64,000 nt of DNA from Octopus vulgaris. Lineage: Eukaryota. The notes under the pieces were generated by a model. That model searched no databases, was not told the origin of the DNA, and saw nothing but the letters and a program-made list of their open reading frames with translations. The stretch spans positions 87,172,001 through 87,236,000 of the forward strand of contig OX597824.1 in NCBI GenBank assembly GCA_951406725.2, given 5' to 3'. Made by a program: the position numbers and the translations under genes. Shown piece by piece: positions 11,096 to 24,503 of this stretch. Position 1 is the stretch's first letter, and each line of letters starts with the position of its first letter.

Positions 11096-11429
11096 ATTTT
11101 TATTTAGTGTTTGTGTGTGTGTGTGTGTTTGTCCCCCTAGCATTGCTTGACAACCGATGCTGGTGTGTTTACGTCCCCGTCACTTAGCGGTTTGGCAAAA
11201 GAGACCGATAGAATAAGTACTGGGCTTACAAAGAATAAGTCCCGGGGTCGATTTACTCGACTAAAGGTGGTGCTCCAGCATGGCCGCAGTCAAATGACTG
11301 AAACAAGTAAAAGAGTAAAAAGTAAAGAGAGAGAGTTTTAAATGAATCAGTCTCTTAAGACTGGATTAGAAAGGAGTATCTCAGAGGGAAGATTAACAAT
11401 TTTCAAACAGAAACCCCTTTAGCATTTAA

Positions 11430-11651
11430 CCCTTTAGTATTCAGATTATTCTGTCAAATGTAATGCTTATGTAATCAAATTGTTTTGAATTAATCATGCA
11501 AAGACATCGTAGTATAGAAATTTTGTGGATGTGATCGGTTATTCTTAGAATGACATTGTAGGATAAGTGTGAAAAGCCAAATCTGGCCAGTTTAAAACAT
11601 AAAACCGGTAGAATATTTGGGCCGGATATGGCCGGTTTAAATGCTAAAGGG
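11430..11651. mobile_element. TTAA-flanked MITE (piggyBac-type ends)
   Basis: ttaa|ccctttagtatt ... aatgctaaaggg|ttaa. Confidence 0.75.
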
Positions 11652-11675
11652 TTAAACTGGACATATCTGGCCCAG

Positions 11676-11865
11676 TCCACAAACACATGAAAATGTTCTT
11701 GATGGTGTTGAAGATACTGCTCATGCAAAATTCTTAAATGGAAAATCTGTTCCATTGTGATGTGACCCACCCTGAATCAGGGATAGCCAAAACAATCCTT
11801 CAGGGAATAAAGGCCGCAGATGCAGAGGCAGACAAAGAGGTGAGAAAACAACATCTGTGAGTGGA
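11676..11865. pseudogene. RTE-clade LINE fragments in opposite orientations
   Basis: Minus 11676-11775 reads GHITMEQIFHLRILHEQYLQHHQEHFHVFVD (RT motif like EQIFNLRIL..HVFIDF); plus 11783-11865 reads IAKTILQG..GRRCRGRQR (RTE C-terminus). Confidence 0.7.
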
Positions 11866-12286
11866 CACATAAAAAACCCCATTTGAGGGTGGCCGTTGCC
11901 AGTACTACCTAACTGGCCCTCACGCCGGTGGCACGTAAAAGCACCGACTACACTCTCGGAGTGGTAGGCGTTAGGAAGGGCATCCAGCTGTAGAAACTCT
12001 GCCAGATCAAAATTGGTGCAGCCATCTGGTTTGCCAGTCCTCAGTCAAAGCGTCCAACCCATGCTAGCATGGAAAGCGGACGTTAAACGATGATGATGAT
12101 GATATATATACGTACATACATACGTCATTCAATTGAAGGCAAAGATAAAATCCTGATTGCTTCCTTCTTCAGTCTAAGATTGTTTTCTTCCGTTCTTTCT
12201 CTCTGAGACAAGCTGCCTCTATTACATCACTGCCATGCTTCTTTGAATGACCTCTATCTGCTGTTTTCTGATGCCAAATGATGGAG

Positions 12287-12322
<36 letters not shown>

Positions 12323-12454
12323 CAAATCTATAACCAATTTATGATATTTTAAATATAATTTTCTAAATTTTCTAAATTCAAAGAAACTTCCCAGAATATT
12401 TCAGGGATATAAAAATCATGCGAGAGAACTAAAATAGATACTTTTTCTTTTATG

Positions 12455-12557
<103 letters not shown>

Positions 12558-13507
12558 ACACACACACACATACTTCTTTTTAACAGTTTTTTTTTAATAA
12601 AAAAAAATATATTAAAAATTTTTTTTTAAAATAAAAGCTTTTCTGTGCAAATTGGAATCCTAAAATATGTCACAAAGATTTACTGCTAAATAAAGATAGC
12701 AACTTTCTCCTGGTAGTTAAATGGAAGTTGTACCTTAAGAAAAGAAAAGAAAAACAAAAAACCCAAAAAAAAACACCAATGATTTCTAACTTAGGAACAT
12801 GTCTTCAAAATAGTATGTGCCTGCATGTGTGTTGTGTGCAGGGGGTGGGGAGTAAGGGCTTACGTTGCATCTTGTCCTTATTTGATAGCGTTTGCTTCAC
12901 TTTTAAATTTTTATTTCATTTTCACATACCAGCATGAAATAAATTTCAAGAACATCTCTAAATTGATGCTTCTTAATCTTTTTTTCTTCTGCCATTCCTT
13001 TCTTTATCAGTTTGGATTCTTAGGTTCCTTCTTTTATCTTATATATATAGGAAGAAAAAATGTGTATCTTATATATCTTTGATCTTTTACTCATTTCAGT
13101 CATTGAACTGTGGCCATGCTGGGGCATTTCCTTGAAGGGTTTTAATTGGACAAATCAACCGCCGTAACTATGTTATTTAATTTAATTATTTTTTTTTTTG
13201 AAGTTTGGTTCTATTTTCTATCAGTCTCTTTTGCCAAACTGCTAAGTCATGGTGACAAAGAAACTAACACTGGTTGTCAGGCAACAATGGACGGGTGACA
13301 AACACTGACAAAAAGACACATGTGCACACACACACACACACACACACATCATCTAGAATAGGCTTCCACATGGTTTCTGCCTACCATATTAACTCACAAG
13401 GCATTGGTTGGCACAGGGCTATTGTAGGAAACATTTACCCAAAGTAGGACTGAACTCAGAATGCTGTGGCTGCAAAGCAAGATTCTTAACCATACACTCA
13501 TGCCTGT

Positions 13508-13920
13508 GTCATCATCATCATCGTTTAACATCTGCTTTCCATGCTGGCATGGGTTGGACGGTTTGACTGAGGACTGGTGAGCCAGAGGCTGCACCAGACT
13601 CCAATCTAATCTGGCAGAGTTTCTACAGTTGGATGCCCTTCCTAATGCCAACAACTCCGAGAGTGTAGTGGGTGCTATTACATGCCACTGGCACGAGGGC
13701 CAGTCAGGTGGTTCTGGCAACAACCATGCTCAAAAGGTGTTTTTACATCCTACCTGCACGGGAGCCAGTCCGGCGGCACTGGCAACAACCAGGCTTGAAT
13801 GTTGTTTTTCACATGCCACCAGCATGTGTGCCAATAAGGCGACACTGGCAACGATCATGCTCGAATGGCGCTTTTCAAGTGTCACCAGCACGGAAGCCAA
13901 TCCGTGGCCCTGGCAAGGAT
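13508..13920 (-). mobile_element. Family D element
   Basis: (CAT)n followed by the reverse-complemented conserved tail and sub-repeats. Confidence 0.8.
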
Positions 13921-14115
13921 TAATTGAGATCCTTAAAAATAAACATGGACCTCGCCCCACCAAGAGAAAAAAATTTAAGCAAAAACAGTGTGAATAATAA
14001 TGCAAAAACCACCTGGGTATCATACCATATGGAAATATATCGCAAAAGACAAATTAATTATGGTATTTGTCTGGAGACCTCTCTTAAGGATGTGCTATGT
14101 TTAAACACACTATGT

Positions 14116-14162
<47 letters not shown>

Positions 14163-14961
14163 TGTTACAGGTTGATAACTGTTGTTGGTTTGTTTATGAC
14201 CCTGTGATTTGACGTTTTGGCAAAAGAGACTAATAGACTAAGTACCAGACTTCGATATAAAAAAAAAAACTAGTAAGTACTTTTATCGATTTGTGTAACT
14301 TTTATTGATTTGTAACTTTTATCGATTTGTGTAACTAAACCCTCAAAGGCAGTGCTCCTGCATGGCCACAGTCCAATGACTGACACAAGTAAAAGATTAA
14401 AAAAAAAAAAAGAAAATTGAGTTTTTAATGCTTATCCAATTCAAGGGAAATAACTTTTTAATCAGGTGAAAAAACACACCTTTGAAATTGCTTTTACAGA
14501 TAATATTTAACTGATTAAAACCATTCCTTATCTTTTATCTTTTACTTGTTTCAGTCATTGGGCTATGGCCATGTTGGAGCAGTACCTTGAAGGATTTAGT
14601 TGCACAAATCGAAACCAGTACTTATTTTTCTAAACCTGATATATTTTTTTATTAGTTTTTTTTTTTGCAGAATTGCTATAGTTCCAGGGGAACATAAACA
14701 AATCAACAATAACTGTCAAGTGGCAGTGGGGAGACAAACACAAATACACACACATACATATAATCGATGAGCTTCCACACAGTTTCCATCTGCCAAATTC
14801 ATTCACCAGGCTTTGGTTGGCCCAGGGCTATAGGAGAAGACACTAACCCAAAGGGACCAAACTCAAAAGCAATGTGTGCTTCGACAGGCTTTGAATGCAG
14901 AAGACATGGGAACTGGATCAAATACCACAAGGTATTCTCTCTGATGCTTTAACACTGATAT

Positions 14962-15103
14962 CATATACTATGTTAATGACCATATATTATGTTAATGACA
15001 TATATTATGTTAATGACCATCATATATTATGTTAATGACCACCATGCATTATTTTAATGACCATCATGTATTATGTTAATGACCATCATGTATTATGTTA
15101 ATG
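14962..15103. repeat. 19-22-bp minisatellite (catatattatgttaatgac[cat]), about 7 units
   Basis: Direct reading. Confidence 0.85.
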
Positions 15104-15945
15104 AGAAACATATATTATTTTACAAGCTGCTGTCAAATACAGAAGTGTTCTTTAATTTTTACTTCAGATAAAGTGATTATTCTTTCCTATCACTCATTCT
15201 TATCTCTAGTTTTCACTAATATTCAATCAAAAGAAAAAAATTCCAATAGCTATCAATCAACTGAATGAATATATCACCACTAAAGAACATAACACACACA
15301 CATGCATTTAAATACACGTGTATACACACATAGATGCACAGGTGCCGTATTTTCTAGCATAAAAATTGAGCTTTTCAGACCAAAATGTACAGCCGAAAGA
15401 AGTAGGTCAACCTTATATGCCAAGATGACTTTGGAGACGCAAAAATTCCATGTGAAATGCAACAGGATTTGGAAATACAGTTTACAATGCTTGAATGTTT
15501 ACACAACATGTTTACATTATATATTACAATGAATTGTAAGCCGGAAAATGTGGCATACAACAAACAAGTATATTGTGTTTAAAGTATCAAAAGGCACTTA
15601 CCAGGAGAGCTAAGTTTCACAGTGATATTAAATAAAAACCAAGCTATGTGTTGTTTGTTACTCTTTATATCAATAGTGTCTTAATGCATTGTGTTCACCA
15701 GGCAAATTTATTCCTTAGGACTGTCAGTAACTAGTTTATTGATTTAGGTCTAGTCCAAGTACAAACATGTTTAAATGTCTCTTACTTATAAAACATTATT
15801 TAGCTGTTGTGTCTGGGGAGAATCATTCTCTTTTAGTGCCTTATTATTTAGCACACTCACCGGTAAAATTTCCACTCGTTTGCTTATTTATTTGGGACAG
15901 AGTCGACAACTATTGAAAAGGTTCGAAGACACAATGAAAATTTCA

Positions 15946-16103
15946 GAGTGGCTGTGTGGTAAGTAACTTGCTTACCAACCACATGGTTCCGGGTTCAGTC
16001 CCACTGTGTGGCACCTTGGTCAAGTGTCTTCTGCTATAGCCTTGGGCCGACCAAAGCCTTGTGAGTGGATTTGGTGGACGGAAACTGAAAGAAGCCTGTC
16101 GTA

Positions 16104-16146
<43 letters not shown>

Positions 16147-16360
16147 ATATGTTTGTGTGTCTGTGTTTGTCCCCCTAGCATTGCTTGACAACCGATGCTG
16201 GTGTGTTTACGTCCCCGTCACTTAGCGGTTCGGCAAAAGAGACCAATAGAATAAGTACTGGGCTTACAAAGAATAAGTCCCGGGGTCGATTTGCTTGACT
16301 AAAGGTGGTGCTCCAGCATGGCTACAGTCAAATGACTGAAACAAGTAAAAGAGTAAAGAG
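15946..16360 (+). mobile_element. Family A SINE
   Basis: Matches consensus. Confidence 0.9.
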
Positions 16361-17167
16361 TATATAGAAAAGAAGACCATTATAGATACAGGTATGGCTG
16401 AGTGGTTAAGAAGCTTGCTTTGCAACCATGTAGTTTTGGGTTCAGTCCCATCGCATGGCAAGTCCTAGGCTAGCCAATGCTTTCTGAGTTAATTTGGATG
16501 GAAACTGTGCAGAAGCTCACGAAATGTGTGTGTGTGTGTGTGGGGGTGCATGTGTGTGTGTTGGTGTTTGCCCCAGCACACATATACGCGACATCCAGTG
16601 TTAGTTTGTTTACATCCCGTGACTTAACAGTTCGGCAAAAAAAGGCACAATAAGTACCTAACTTTAAGAAAGAAAGAAAAAAGTCCTGGAGATGGTGGTG
16701 GTGGTGGTGGTGGGGTCAATCTGTTCAACTTACAAAAAAAAAAAACCCCTTTAAATAAAAAGTAAGATATTAAGATAGGAACTGACATTTCACACTCTGA
16801 TCTACCCATTTTCTTTTTTTTTTCTTATTCCCCCCCTCTCCTTAAATGTAGGCAAAAAAAAGTATTTTATATAAACTATACTAAAAAACCTAATTTACAT
16901 TTTTTTTTCATAAACCAGTTTCCTATGACTCATGAGGTTGCTGTGACCATGTCACTAATGAGACAATTCATATTATTAAAAACTCTTATCAATTATATAT
17001 AATGTTCCCCGCTACTTATTTGGAGTACCTCAAATATATGAGCTATATGATCCACTTGATGGTATGACCTGCTAGAAATAGCAGCAAAAGTCTCCCTCAC
17101 ATGACAATCTTTGACAGGAAAGCCATGTTGGACAATGAGATCTAGGAGGTTATTATTGTGTATTAGT

Positions 17168-17605
17168 GCGGCGAGCTGGCAGAATCGTTAACAAGAAGTG
17201 GCTTATATGCACAAGAGTGGCTGTGTGGTAAGTAGCTTGCTTACCAGCCACATGGTTCTGGGTCCCGTCCCACTGCGTGGCACCTTGAGCGAGTGTCTTC
17301 TATAGCCTCGGGTTGACCAAAGCCTTGTGAGTGGATTTGGTAGACGGAAACTGAAAGAAGCCCAAGCTTCAAGGCAGCAAGTTGGCAGAAACATTAGCAC
17401 ACCGGGTGAAATGCTTAGCAGTATTTCATCTGCTGTTACGTTCTGAGTTCAAATTCCACTGAGGTCGACTCTGCCTTTCATCCTTTCAGGGTCGATAAAT
17501 TAAGCACCAGTTACGCACTGGGATCGATGTAATCAACTTAATCCATTTGTCTGTCCTTGTTTGTCCCCTCTGTGTTTAGCCCCTTGTGGGTAGTAAAGAA
17601 TTAGG
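17168..17605 (+). mobile_element. Composite: family B head / family A head / family B SINE
   Basis: B head 17168-17190, A-derived segment 17191-17363, B copy 17371-17605. Confidence 0.8.
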
Positions 17606-17797
17606 TATTATTGTGTCTGGGATAAAAACAGGATGGTCACAGGTGGAAGGCTTTTTATCATAGGTTTACTTGACCAAGGCTGACATGAGATTAAGCAACA
17701 ACCTACAATTTAATTAAGTGGACTGAACCAGTCAGAGGGTGTTTTATATGAAGTCAACCAGACCTAACTCATTTTGTTTCAAATAACTGCAAAATAC

Positions 17798-17916
17798 CTC
17801 ATTAGATCATCATCTTTACGAAACACACTTTGCGACAGGCATTTCTTCTCCAGCCTTATTTTCCGTTTCATGTGGAAAACGAAAAAGTCGATTAGCTCGA
17901 GACTGGAAATGAACAT
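17798..17916 (-). CDS. Candidate alternative first coding exon MFISSLELIDFFVFHMKRKIRLEKKCLSQSVFRKDDDLM(R)
   Basis: ATG at 17916; donor GAG|GTATTT at 17797 is phase 2, which joins in frame with the exon at 3541; unique sequence preceded by CT/CA tracts. Confidence 0.4.
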
Positions 17917-17956
17917 GCCTGTTGCAATTCCTTTGTGTGTGTGTGTGTGTGTGTGT

Positions 17957-18146
17957 GAGGGGGGGGGAGAGGAGAGAAAGAGAGGGAGAGGGAGAAAAAG
18001 AAAGGGAGAGGGAGAAAAAGAAAGGGAGAGGGGAGAAAGAGGGAGAGAGAGGGCGAGAAAAGGGAGAGGGAGGGAGAGAGAGGGAGAGAGAGAGAGGGAG
18101 AGAGAGAGAGGGAGAGAGAGTGAGGGAGAGGGAGAGAGAGAGGGAG
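17957..18146. repeat. GA-rich low-complexity tract
   Basis: Direct reading. Confidence 0.9.
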
Positions 18147-18482
18147 GTCCATGCATATGCAAATGGAATCGGAGTGTTATACACGCATGAGTACATGAAG
18201 TCACAGAAGAAGCTTCTAGAAATAGATAGAAGAATATAATTTGACATTAAGCCTAAAGCAGCTTTTGCTGGTGACAAACGTTGCAACCATGTCGCTCTTC
18301 TAGTTTCCAGGAAACTGTTACTGTAGAAGAAGAATTCATTCCATGAATTGAAAGAAAAACCATTTCCTTGCTTCTGTTTTGTAAAACAAAAATCACAATT
18401 TTTTGATAAGAAGCTCAAGAAACAGAGAATATGTGATTAGACATGGCTGTCATGGATGGAAAGGATGTTTACAGAATAAGCA

Positions 18483-18515
<33 letters not shown>

Positions 18516-18999
18516 TGATGATGATGATGCCACTGCTGCTTTCTTCTCCTCCTCCTCCTTCTTCTTCTTCTTCCAATCAGGACTCACGCCATTAGCCACA
18601 AAGAATAATCTCTAATTCGAGCTGTGTGTTTGCGTGTCTGTATTTATCCTCCCCCAACATCACTTGACAACCGATGCTTGTGTGTTTATGTCCCTGTAAC
18701 TTAGCGGTTCGGCAAAAGAGTCTGATAGAATAAGTACTAGGCTTACAAAGAATAAGTCCTGGGGTCAATTTGCTCGACTAAAGGCGGTGCTCCAGCATGG
18801 CTGCTGTCAAATGACCGAAACAAGTAAAAGAGAATATATATATATACACACACACATATATACATATATATAAAATCTTTCTAAAGGTACAGCATGGTGA
18901 CAGTCAAATGACTGAAACAAGAAAATGAATAAAAGAATATGTATATATATAAATATATATATATAGGTTATAAGAAGTAATGGTATCATTGAGACCCAA

Positions 19000-19195
19000 C
19001 GGTCTTTTTTTCCTCCACCTCACTCTCTATTTTGTATCCCATCTAAATTAATTATTACTTAACCATCCTCTCACACCGTCTCCGATGAAGGGATATTATT
19101 AATAAATATCCTAGAAACAGCTGTAAGACCTATCTATAAATGTTCTAATATTTACACAGCCTTGGTTTTTTTTATCTCATTACACAAAAAATTTT
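19000..19195 (+). mobile_element. Penelope-like fragment with hammerhead-like motif (19078-19129)
   Basis: gtct-CCGATGA-a-gggatatt..aatatcct-a-GAAA-cagctg-TA-agac. Confidence 0.55.
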
Positions 19196-19239
<44 letters not shown>

Positions 19240-20425
19240 TATATATATTCATGGGTTGTATGAAATGTGGTGGGTGTGTATTTATGTTTTCTTGTCTTGA
19301 TATTACATGACATACAATCACTGACACACAATCTTCTATGGAAACATGTCACAAGAAAATATTACCTTGCTTGGAAATAATGTGTGTGTGTGAGTTTACA
19401 TGAAGGTATGCGGTTTAGTGGTTAGAGATATTCAGCTCATGATCGTAAGGTCAAGAGTTCAATGAACAATGGTGCAGTGGGGTGTGAAGCTGGAAGGCTT
19501 CGTCAGGCCCAGTCAGATCTGGCAGTGTTTCTACGGCTGGATGCCCTTCCTAATGCCAATGCCCTTCCTAACGCCAATATATATATACATACACACACAT
19601 ATATATTCATGTGTGTGTATGAATGTGCTGGGTGTGTATTTGTGTTTTCTTTATAACATGACATACAGCCATGTCATATTGTCACACAAAAAATATTTCT
19701 GAAAACTATGTTAAGCACATGCGCGTCTGTGGGGCATTCAACCACTTGCACTTCAATTTCAATGAGTGCAGTGTGTCCTTGATTTCCTGTTGCTGCAGTT
19801 AACTGAGAAGTATCTGTATTTCAAAAGGCCAGCCTTGTCATATTGTCACACTAAATATTTCTGAAAACTATGTTAAGCACATGTGCGTCTGTGGAGCATT
19901 CAACCACTTGCACTTCAATTTCAAGAGCAGGATGTTTTGTTGATTGGATTAACTGGAACCCCCATTGTTGTAACCGATCGAGAACCAGTTTCAAGTGCCC
20001 TTGTTTGAACATCAAATGATGTTTATAAATAAACTTCATCATTATCATCTTCATACAAGTGAGATTGTTCATTTCCAGTTTCCAGGGTAAAAAAATTACC
20101 TTGCTTGGAAAAGAGTCAGCACTGGCAACAGGAAGGGCATCTGGCTACTGCAAATTTAATTTGTGGGACATAGATAAAACATGATTAGATTGAACCTTAC
20201 AATAAGCACAGCTGTTATATATATACACACATATCTTTCAACAATGTGTATCAGTTGAATATATATAATAATAAGACGCAGCCGACAGAAACAACAAAAG
20301 AACACGTGGGAAACAGGAAAGCACACATAATAGACATGGACAGGCTCGACCCCTCATCAGCAAGTGACAAAAGATCATCACAATTTTGACACCTTATAAT
20401 ATACATACATACATATATATATATA

Positions 20426-20672
20426 TTGTTGTTGTTGTTGGCATCCTTTTTGTCTCTGGAGACAATGGAGTTGCGCATAAAATAGTCTAGTCTGGCTTTT
20501 ACATTTCATATCCTAATACATTTCCTGCTGTGGCTGTGTAGTCCTATCCTGGACAAACACTCCCTCTGGCAGGTGCCGCAAATGTAGCGAAGACTTTTCC
20601 TGGCTGGTTGTAATGTCATAGTTTCTTGTTGACGTCTTTTCTTGTCTTTCCATTTCTCCTCTCTCTCTCTGT
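20426..20672 (-). pseudogene. RTE (BovB-like) LINE 3' end
   Basis: Minus strand reads YICGTCQRECLSRIGLHSHSRKC (RTE C-terminal Cys/His motif), then a short UTR and (CAA)n tail. Confidence 0.8.
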
Positions 20673-20699
20673 AAATCTGTATCCAACAAAGCTATATAT

Positions 20700-20915
20700 A
20701 GGGGAGGAATTCACGAAAAAACAGAAGACAAAGACGGGTGGTGTAGACAACAAACAGATGTATTAGTATAATGCTTGGGAAGTGAAAAAGTCTTTAACAT
20801 TTCGAGCCTACACTCTTCCACAGAAAGGAACACAGAAAGAAACAAGGAGAGAAAATAAAGAATGTGTAGTGGCTAGCGATCTATCATGGTGAATGCCAGA
20901 CAGAAGGGTAACACA
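20700..20915 (-). mobile_element. Penelope-like terminal fragment, same family as 7095-7280
   Basis: Sequence similarity; variant hammerhead at 20792-20827. Confidence 0.55.
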
Positions 20916-20997
20916 GGATATATATATATATATTAATAGTATTGGTATGACAACAAAAGAATGAATGAGACCTCAATATTATGTAAATAGAGGAATT

Positions 20998-21234
20998 TAT
21001 CTGTAATATAATATGTGACAATTATTCAGTTGCTGTAATAAAACTTCAAGTTTTGGTTGTCGGGGCGGAAATCTGCTCCGGCATCTCATCAGTTAGTAAG
21101 ACAATCAAAAAATGCTATGAAAAATAATTGTCTTAATAACTGATGAGATGCTGAAGCAGATTTCTGCCCCGACATCCGAAACTTGGAGTTTTATTATGGC
21201 AACCGAATAATAGTCACATATTATATTACAGATA
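20998..21234. mobile_element. Inverted Penelope-like terminal repeats (108-bp arms) with hammerhead cores
   Basis: Arms 20998-21105 and 21127-21234; aataa-CTGATGA-gatg..catc-c-GAAA-cttggag-TT-ttatt at 21135-21195. Confidence 0.7.
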
Positions 21235-21240
21235 TATTAG

Positions 21241-21276
<36 letters not shown>

Positions 21277-21462
21277 TCATCATCATCGTTTAACGTTTGT
21301 TTTCCATGCTAGTATGGGTTGGATGGTTTTGACTGAGGGCTGGCAACCAGATGGCTGCACCAAGCTCCAGTCTTGATCTGGCAGAGTTTCTATAGCTGGA
21401 TGCCCTTCCTAATGCCAACCACGTCAAGAGTGTAGTGGGTGCTTTTTACATGCCACCTGCAC

Positions 21463-21508
<46 letters not shown>

Positions 21509-22665
21509 AATATGCACACACATGCAACATATCTTTCAGCAATGTAAATCATTGAAAGATGTCAAAACCAGCGATAAAAACCAAGAAACGAGTGCTTTTC
21601 GACAAATTCCTAGTGATATTAGTTCTGCCCAATTTGTACAGACAATCCCTCGTCAATTTCTTTGTTGTAAATACAATGGACCATTAATTGGATAACTGAG
21701 AATCTGCATCCAACAAAGCTGCTGTTCACAGAAATGCGATAAATATAAAAAAAGAAAAGGCATGAAAACTTTAACCTTTCGCTGCCTCTGTAACAAATAA
21801 ACAACCGAGAATGAATATGAAATTTAAAATGAAAGATTGCTGGACTGTAAAAGCATAAATACTTTTGCAGTAAACACGAGCAGCATATTCTACAATCGCA
21901 TTCTCTGCTATCACTGTCATTGAGCATAAGATGACCTTGTGTGTATTTTTACCAATTTAGTAACACTAAGTTAAAAATAAAATAAAATAAAATAAAATAT
22001 AATAAAATGTTCAGAATGTGATATATTATATCCATGAGAGTAAGAGATAAGCTATTTTTCTTTGCTCAAGAATTATAACTTTATTTTACAAGAAAATAAA
22101 GAAACCATATGACTGACTTTCAAATTTGGTTCAAGGCAAGAGAGAGAGAGAGGAGGAGGAGGAGGAGGAAGAGGTGGAGGGGGAGGGAGAGAAAGAGAGT
22201 ACCGGTTATGTTAAAACTATTAAACATTATAAATATAGACTGGTATGTATCTCATTTTGGTTTCAAAAGAACCTTTAAAGCTCTATCAACATTATCAAGT
22301 TTTAAGGACAAAATGATATGTTATTGAGAGAACGAAGAATGAGTAAGTCTGTAGAAATGCCAGAATAAATGCATTTACTGTATTTTGTCTAATTACCCAT
22401 CTGTCCTGAGTTTAGTTTGGCTTTTTTTTTTCACCTTGAAGTGAATAGTACCAGTCCACGCAGTAAAGTGGTTGGCGGTAGGAAGGGCACTCAGCCATAA
22501 AAAATATGCCAAACTGACTTTGCCAGTGCTGACGCCACATAAGAAGCCCCCAGCCCATTCTGTAAAATGGTTGGCATTAGGAAGGGCATCCAGCTGTAAG
22601 TAAATATACCAAACTGACAACATCAGTGTTGGTACCACATAAAAGTCATCTAACTTACTCCTTAA

Positions 22666-22887
22666 CCCTTCTGATACCAACCCGGCCAAAACCGGCTCTG
22701 GCTCTGTAATACAAATGTCTTGTTTTCATAAGTTTGGAATTAAAATCTTCCCCCAAACCTTAGTCACAATTTATGTTACTAACACTAGCTTAATGATAAT
22801 TAAGATATTTTACTAAATTCTTCGTTATATTTAAAATTAATTGAATGAAACACAGAGCATCTCAACAGAAATATGGTAATTAAAGGG
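22666..22887. mobile_element. TTAA MITE, same family as 63110-63972
   Basis: ttaa|cccttctgatacc ... ggtaattaaaggg|ttaa; interrupts a family D tail. Confidence 0.8.
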
Positions 22888-23627
22888 TTAAAGTGGCTGG
22901 CATTAGCAAGGACACCAACTGTAGAAACCATGCCAAAACAGATAGTGGGTCTTGGTACAGTTCTCTGGTTTGCCAGCTCCTATCAAATCATCCAACCCAT
23001 ACCAGCATGGAAGACGGACATTAAATGATGATGATGAAGATAAACCAGATATATGATGTATTGCAGATGATTCAAAGATTATACCCTTCAGTTACAAAAT
23101 ATTGATTATATCGTTAACAGAAAATAAATTAATATAATATAAAAACTAAGATGTTACTTCTGTGAAAGAGAAACAAATTCTATCTCCTTTCTTTATTAAT
23201 AACAACATGGTAGTTGAGTTGGACAGGACTCTTTCCTTCAAGATCTCTTCCAAAATCAATAGTCTGAGTTTTCAACCTATGTCTCAGACCTCCTTGTTTT
23301 TTTTCTTCCTGATGAAAGGAAGAAAACAACAACTACAAGAACAGCAACAACAAAAAGAGACAATTACATAATAAAGTAAAAATATTATTTTAGGTAACGT
23401 AATAGCTTCAGACAGGCAGTCAAGTAAAATTCCGACATCAATTCTAGTTAAATGTTTTTACGCCATAAAAAATTGGAATTAGAAGAACCAGGGAAATAAC
23501 GATTTTTTTTTTCTCTCTCCCCTCCCTGGACCAGGCAAAAGATCAATTTTATATCTGGGGGGCAGGGAGTGGTTTATATTCAATCAAATAAAGTCTGGTA
23601 TATTATATCATCAACATTATCAATACT

Positions 23628-24010
23628 AGACAGAGAGGGAAGGAGAAATGGAGAGAGGAGGGAGAAAGAATGGAGAGAGAGAGAAGAGAAGAGAGAAGAG
23701 AGAGAGGAGAGAGAAGATAGAGGGAGAGAGGGAGAGAGAAATCGAGGAGAGAAAAAGGAGAGAAAGAGGGAAAGAGAGGAGAGAGAGGGAGAGAGAAAAC
23801 GAGGAGAGAAAAAGGAGAGAGGGGAGGGAGAAAGATAGGTGAGAGGGGGAGAGAAAAAGAGGAGAGAGAAGAGAGAAAGGAGAGAGAGAGGAGAGAGAGA
23901 AAAAAGGGGAGAGAGAGGGGGAAGGAGAAAGATATGAGAGAGGAGGAGAGAAAAAGAGGAGAGAGAAGAGAGGGAGGAGAGAGAAGAGAGAGAGAAGGAG
24001 GAGAGAGAAA
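23628..24010. repeat. Long GA-rich polypurine tract
   Basis: Direct reading. Confidence 0.95.
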
Positions 24011-24503
24011 TGTAAGTCAAAATCAGATCAGAACTAGTGAATTATTGAAATCAGAACAAAACAGTTGTGAAACATCTAGTCTGGTGCTCGCCAACAGCAG
24101 AACCGAATCTATTTGAGCTGAGGTGAAAGAAAGAAATAATGCAATTACTAAGATCTTTGGTGAAAGCTAAATATAAACTAAATTAGTAATGAAATATTCA
24201 TAAGTACAAAATGTAATGGTTATCCAACATGTCAAACTTATTTATGTCAAAGTAATATTATTTAACCAGATACACCAGAGACATTTTACTATTAATAGGT
24301 TTAGAAACAAATTTCCACTTCTATCAAGACTTTTTTGTGAACCATTAACACCAACTCAAGTGAATTAACAAGATTTTTTCAATTTTTTTTCTTTTTCACC
24401 CCAACAAAAATATATATATATATCCTAACTGGATTTATATATATAATAGAAGCTGGTAGACTATAAAATTATTTATAAAAAATATACAAGAAGTGGCTTA
24501 TAT

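Noticed and set aside
15345-15440. Possible Tigger/pogo-like terminal remnant
   Set aside because: Similarity is vague and no partner end was found.
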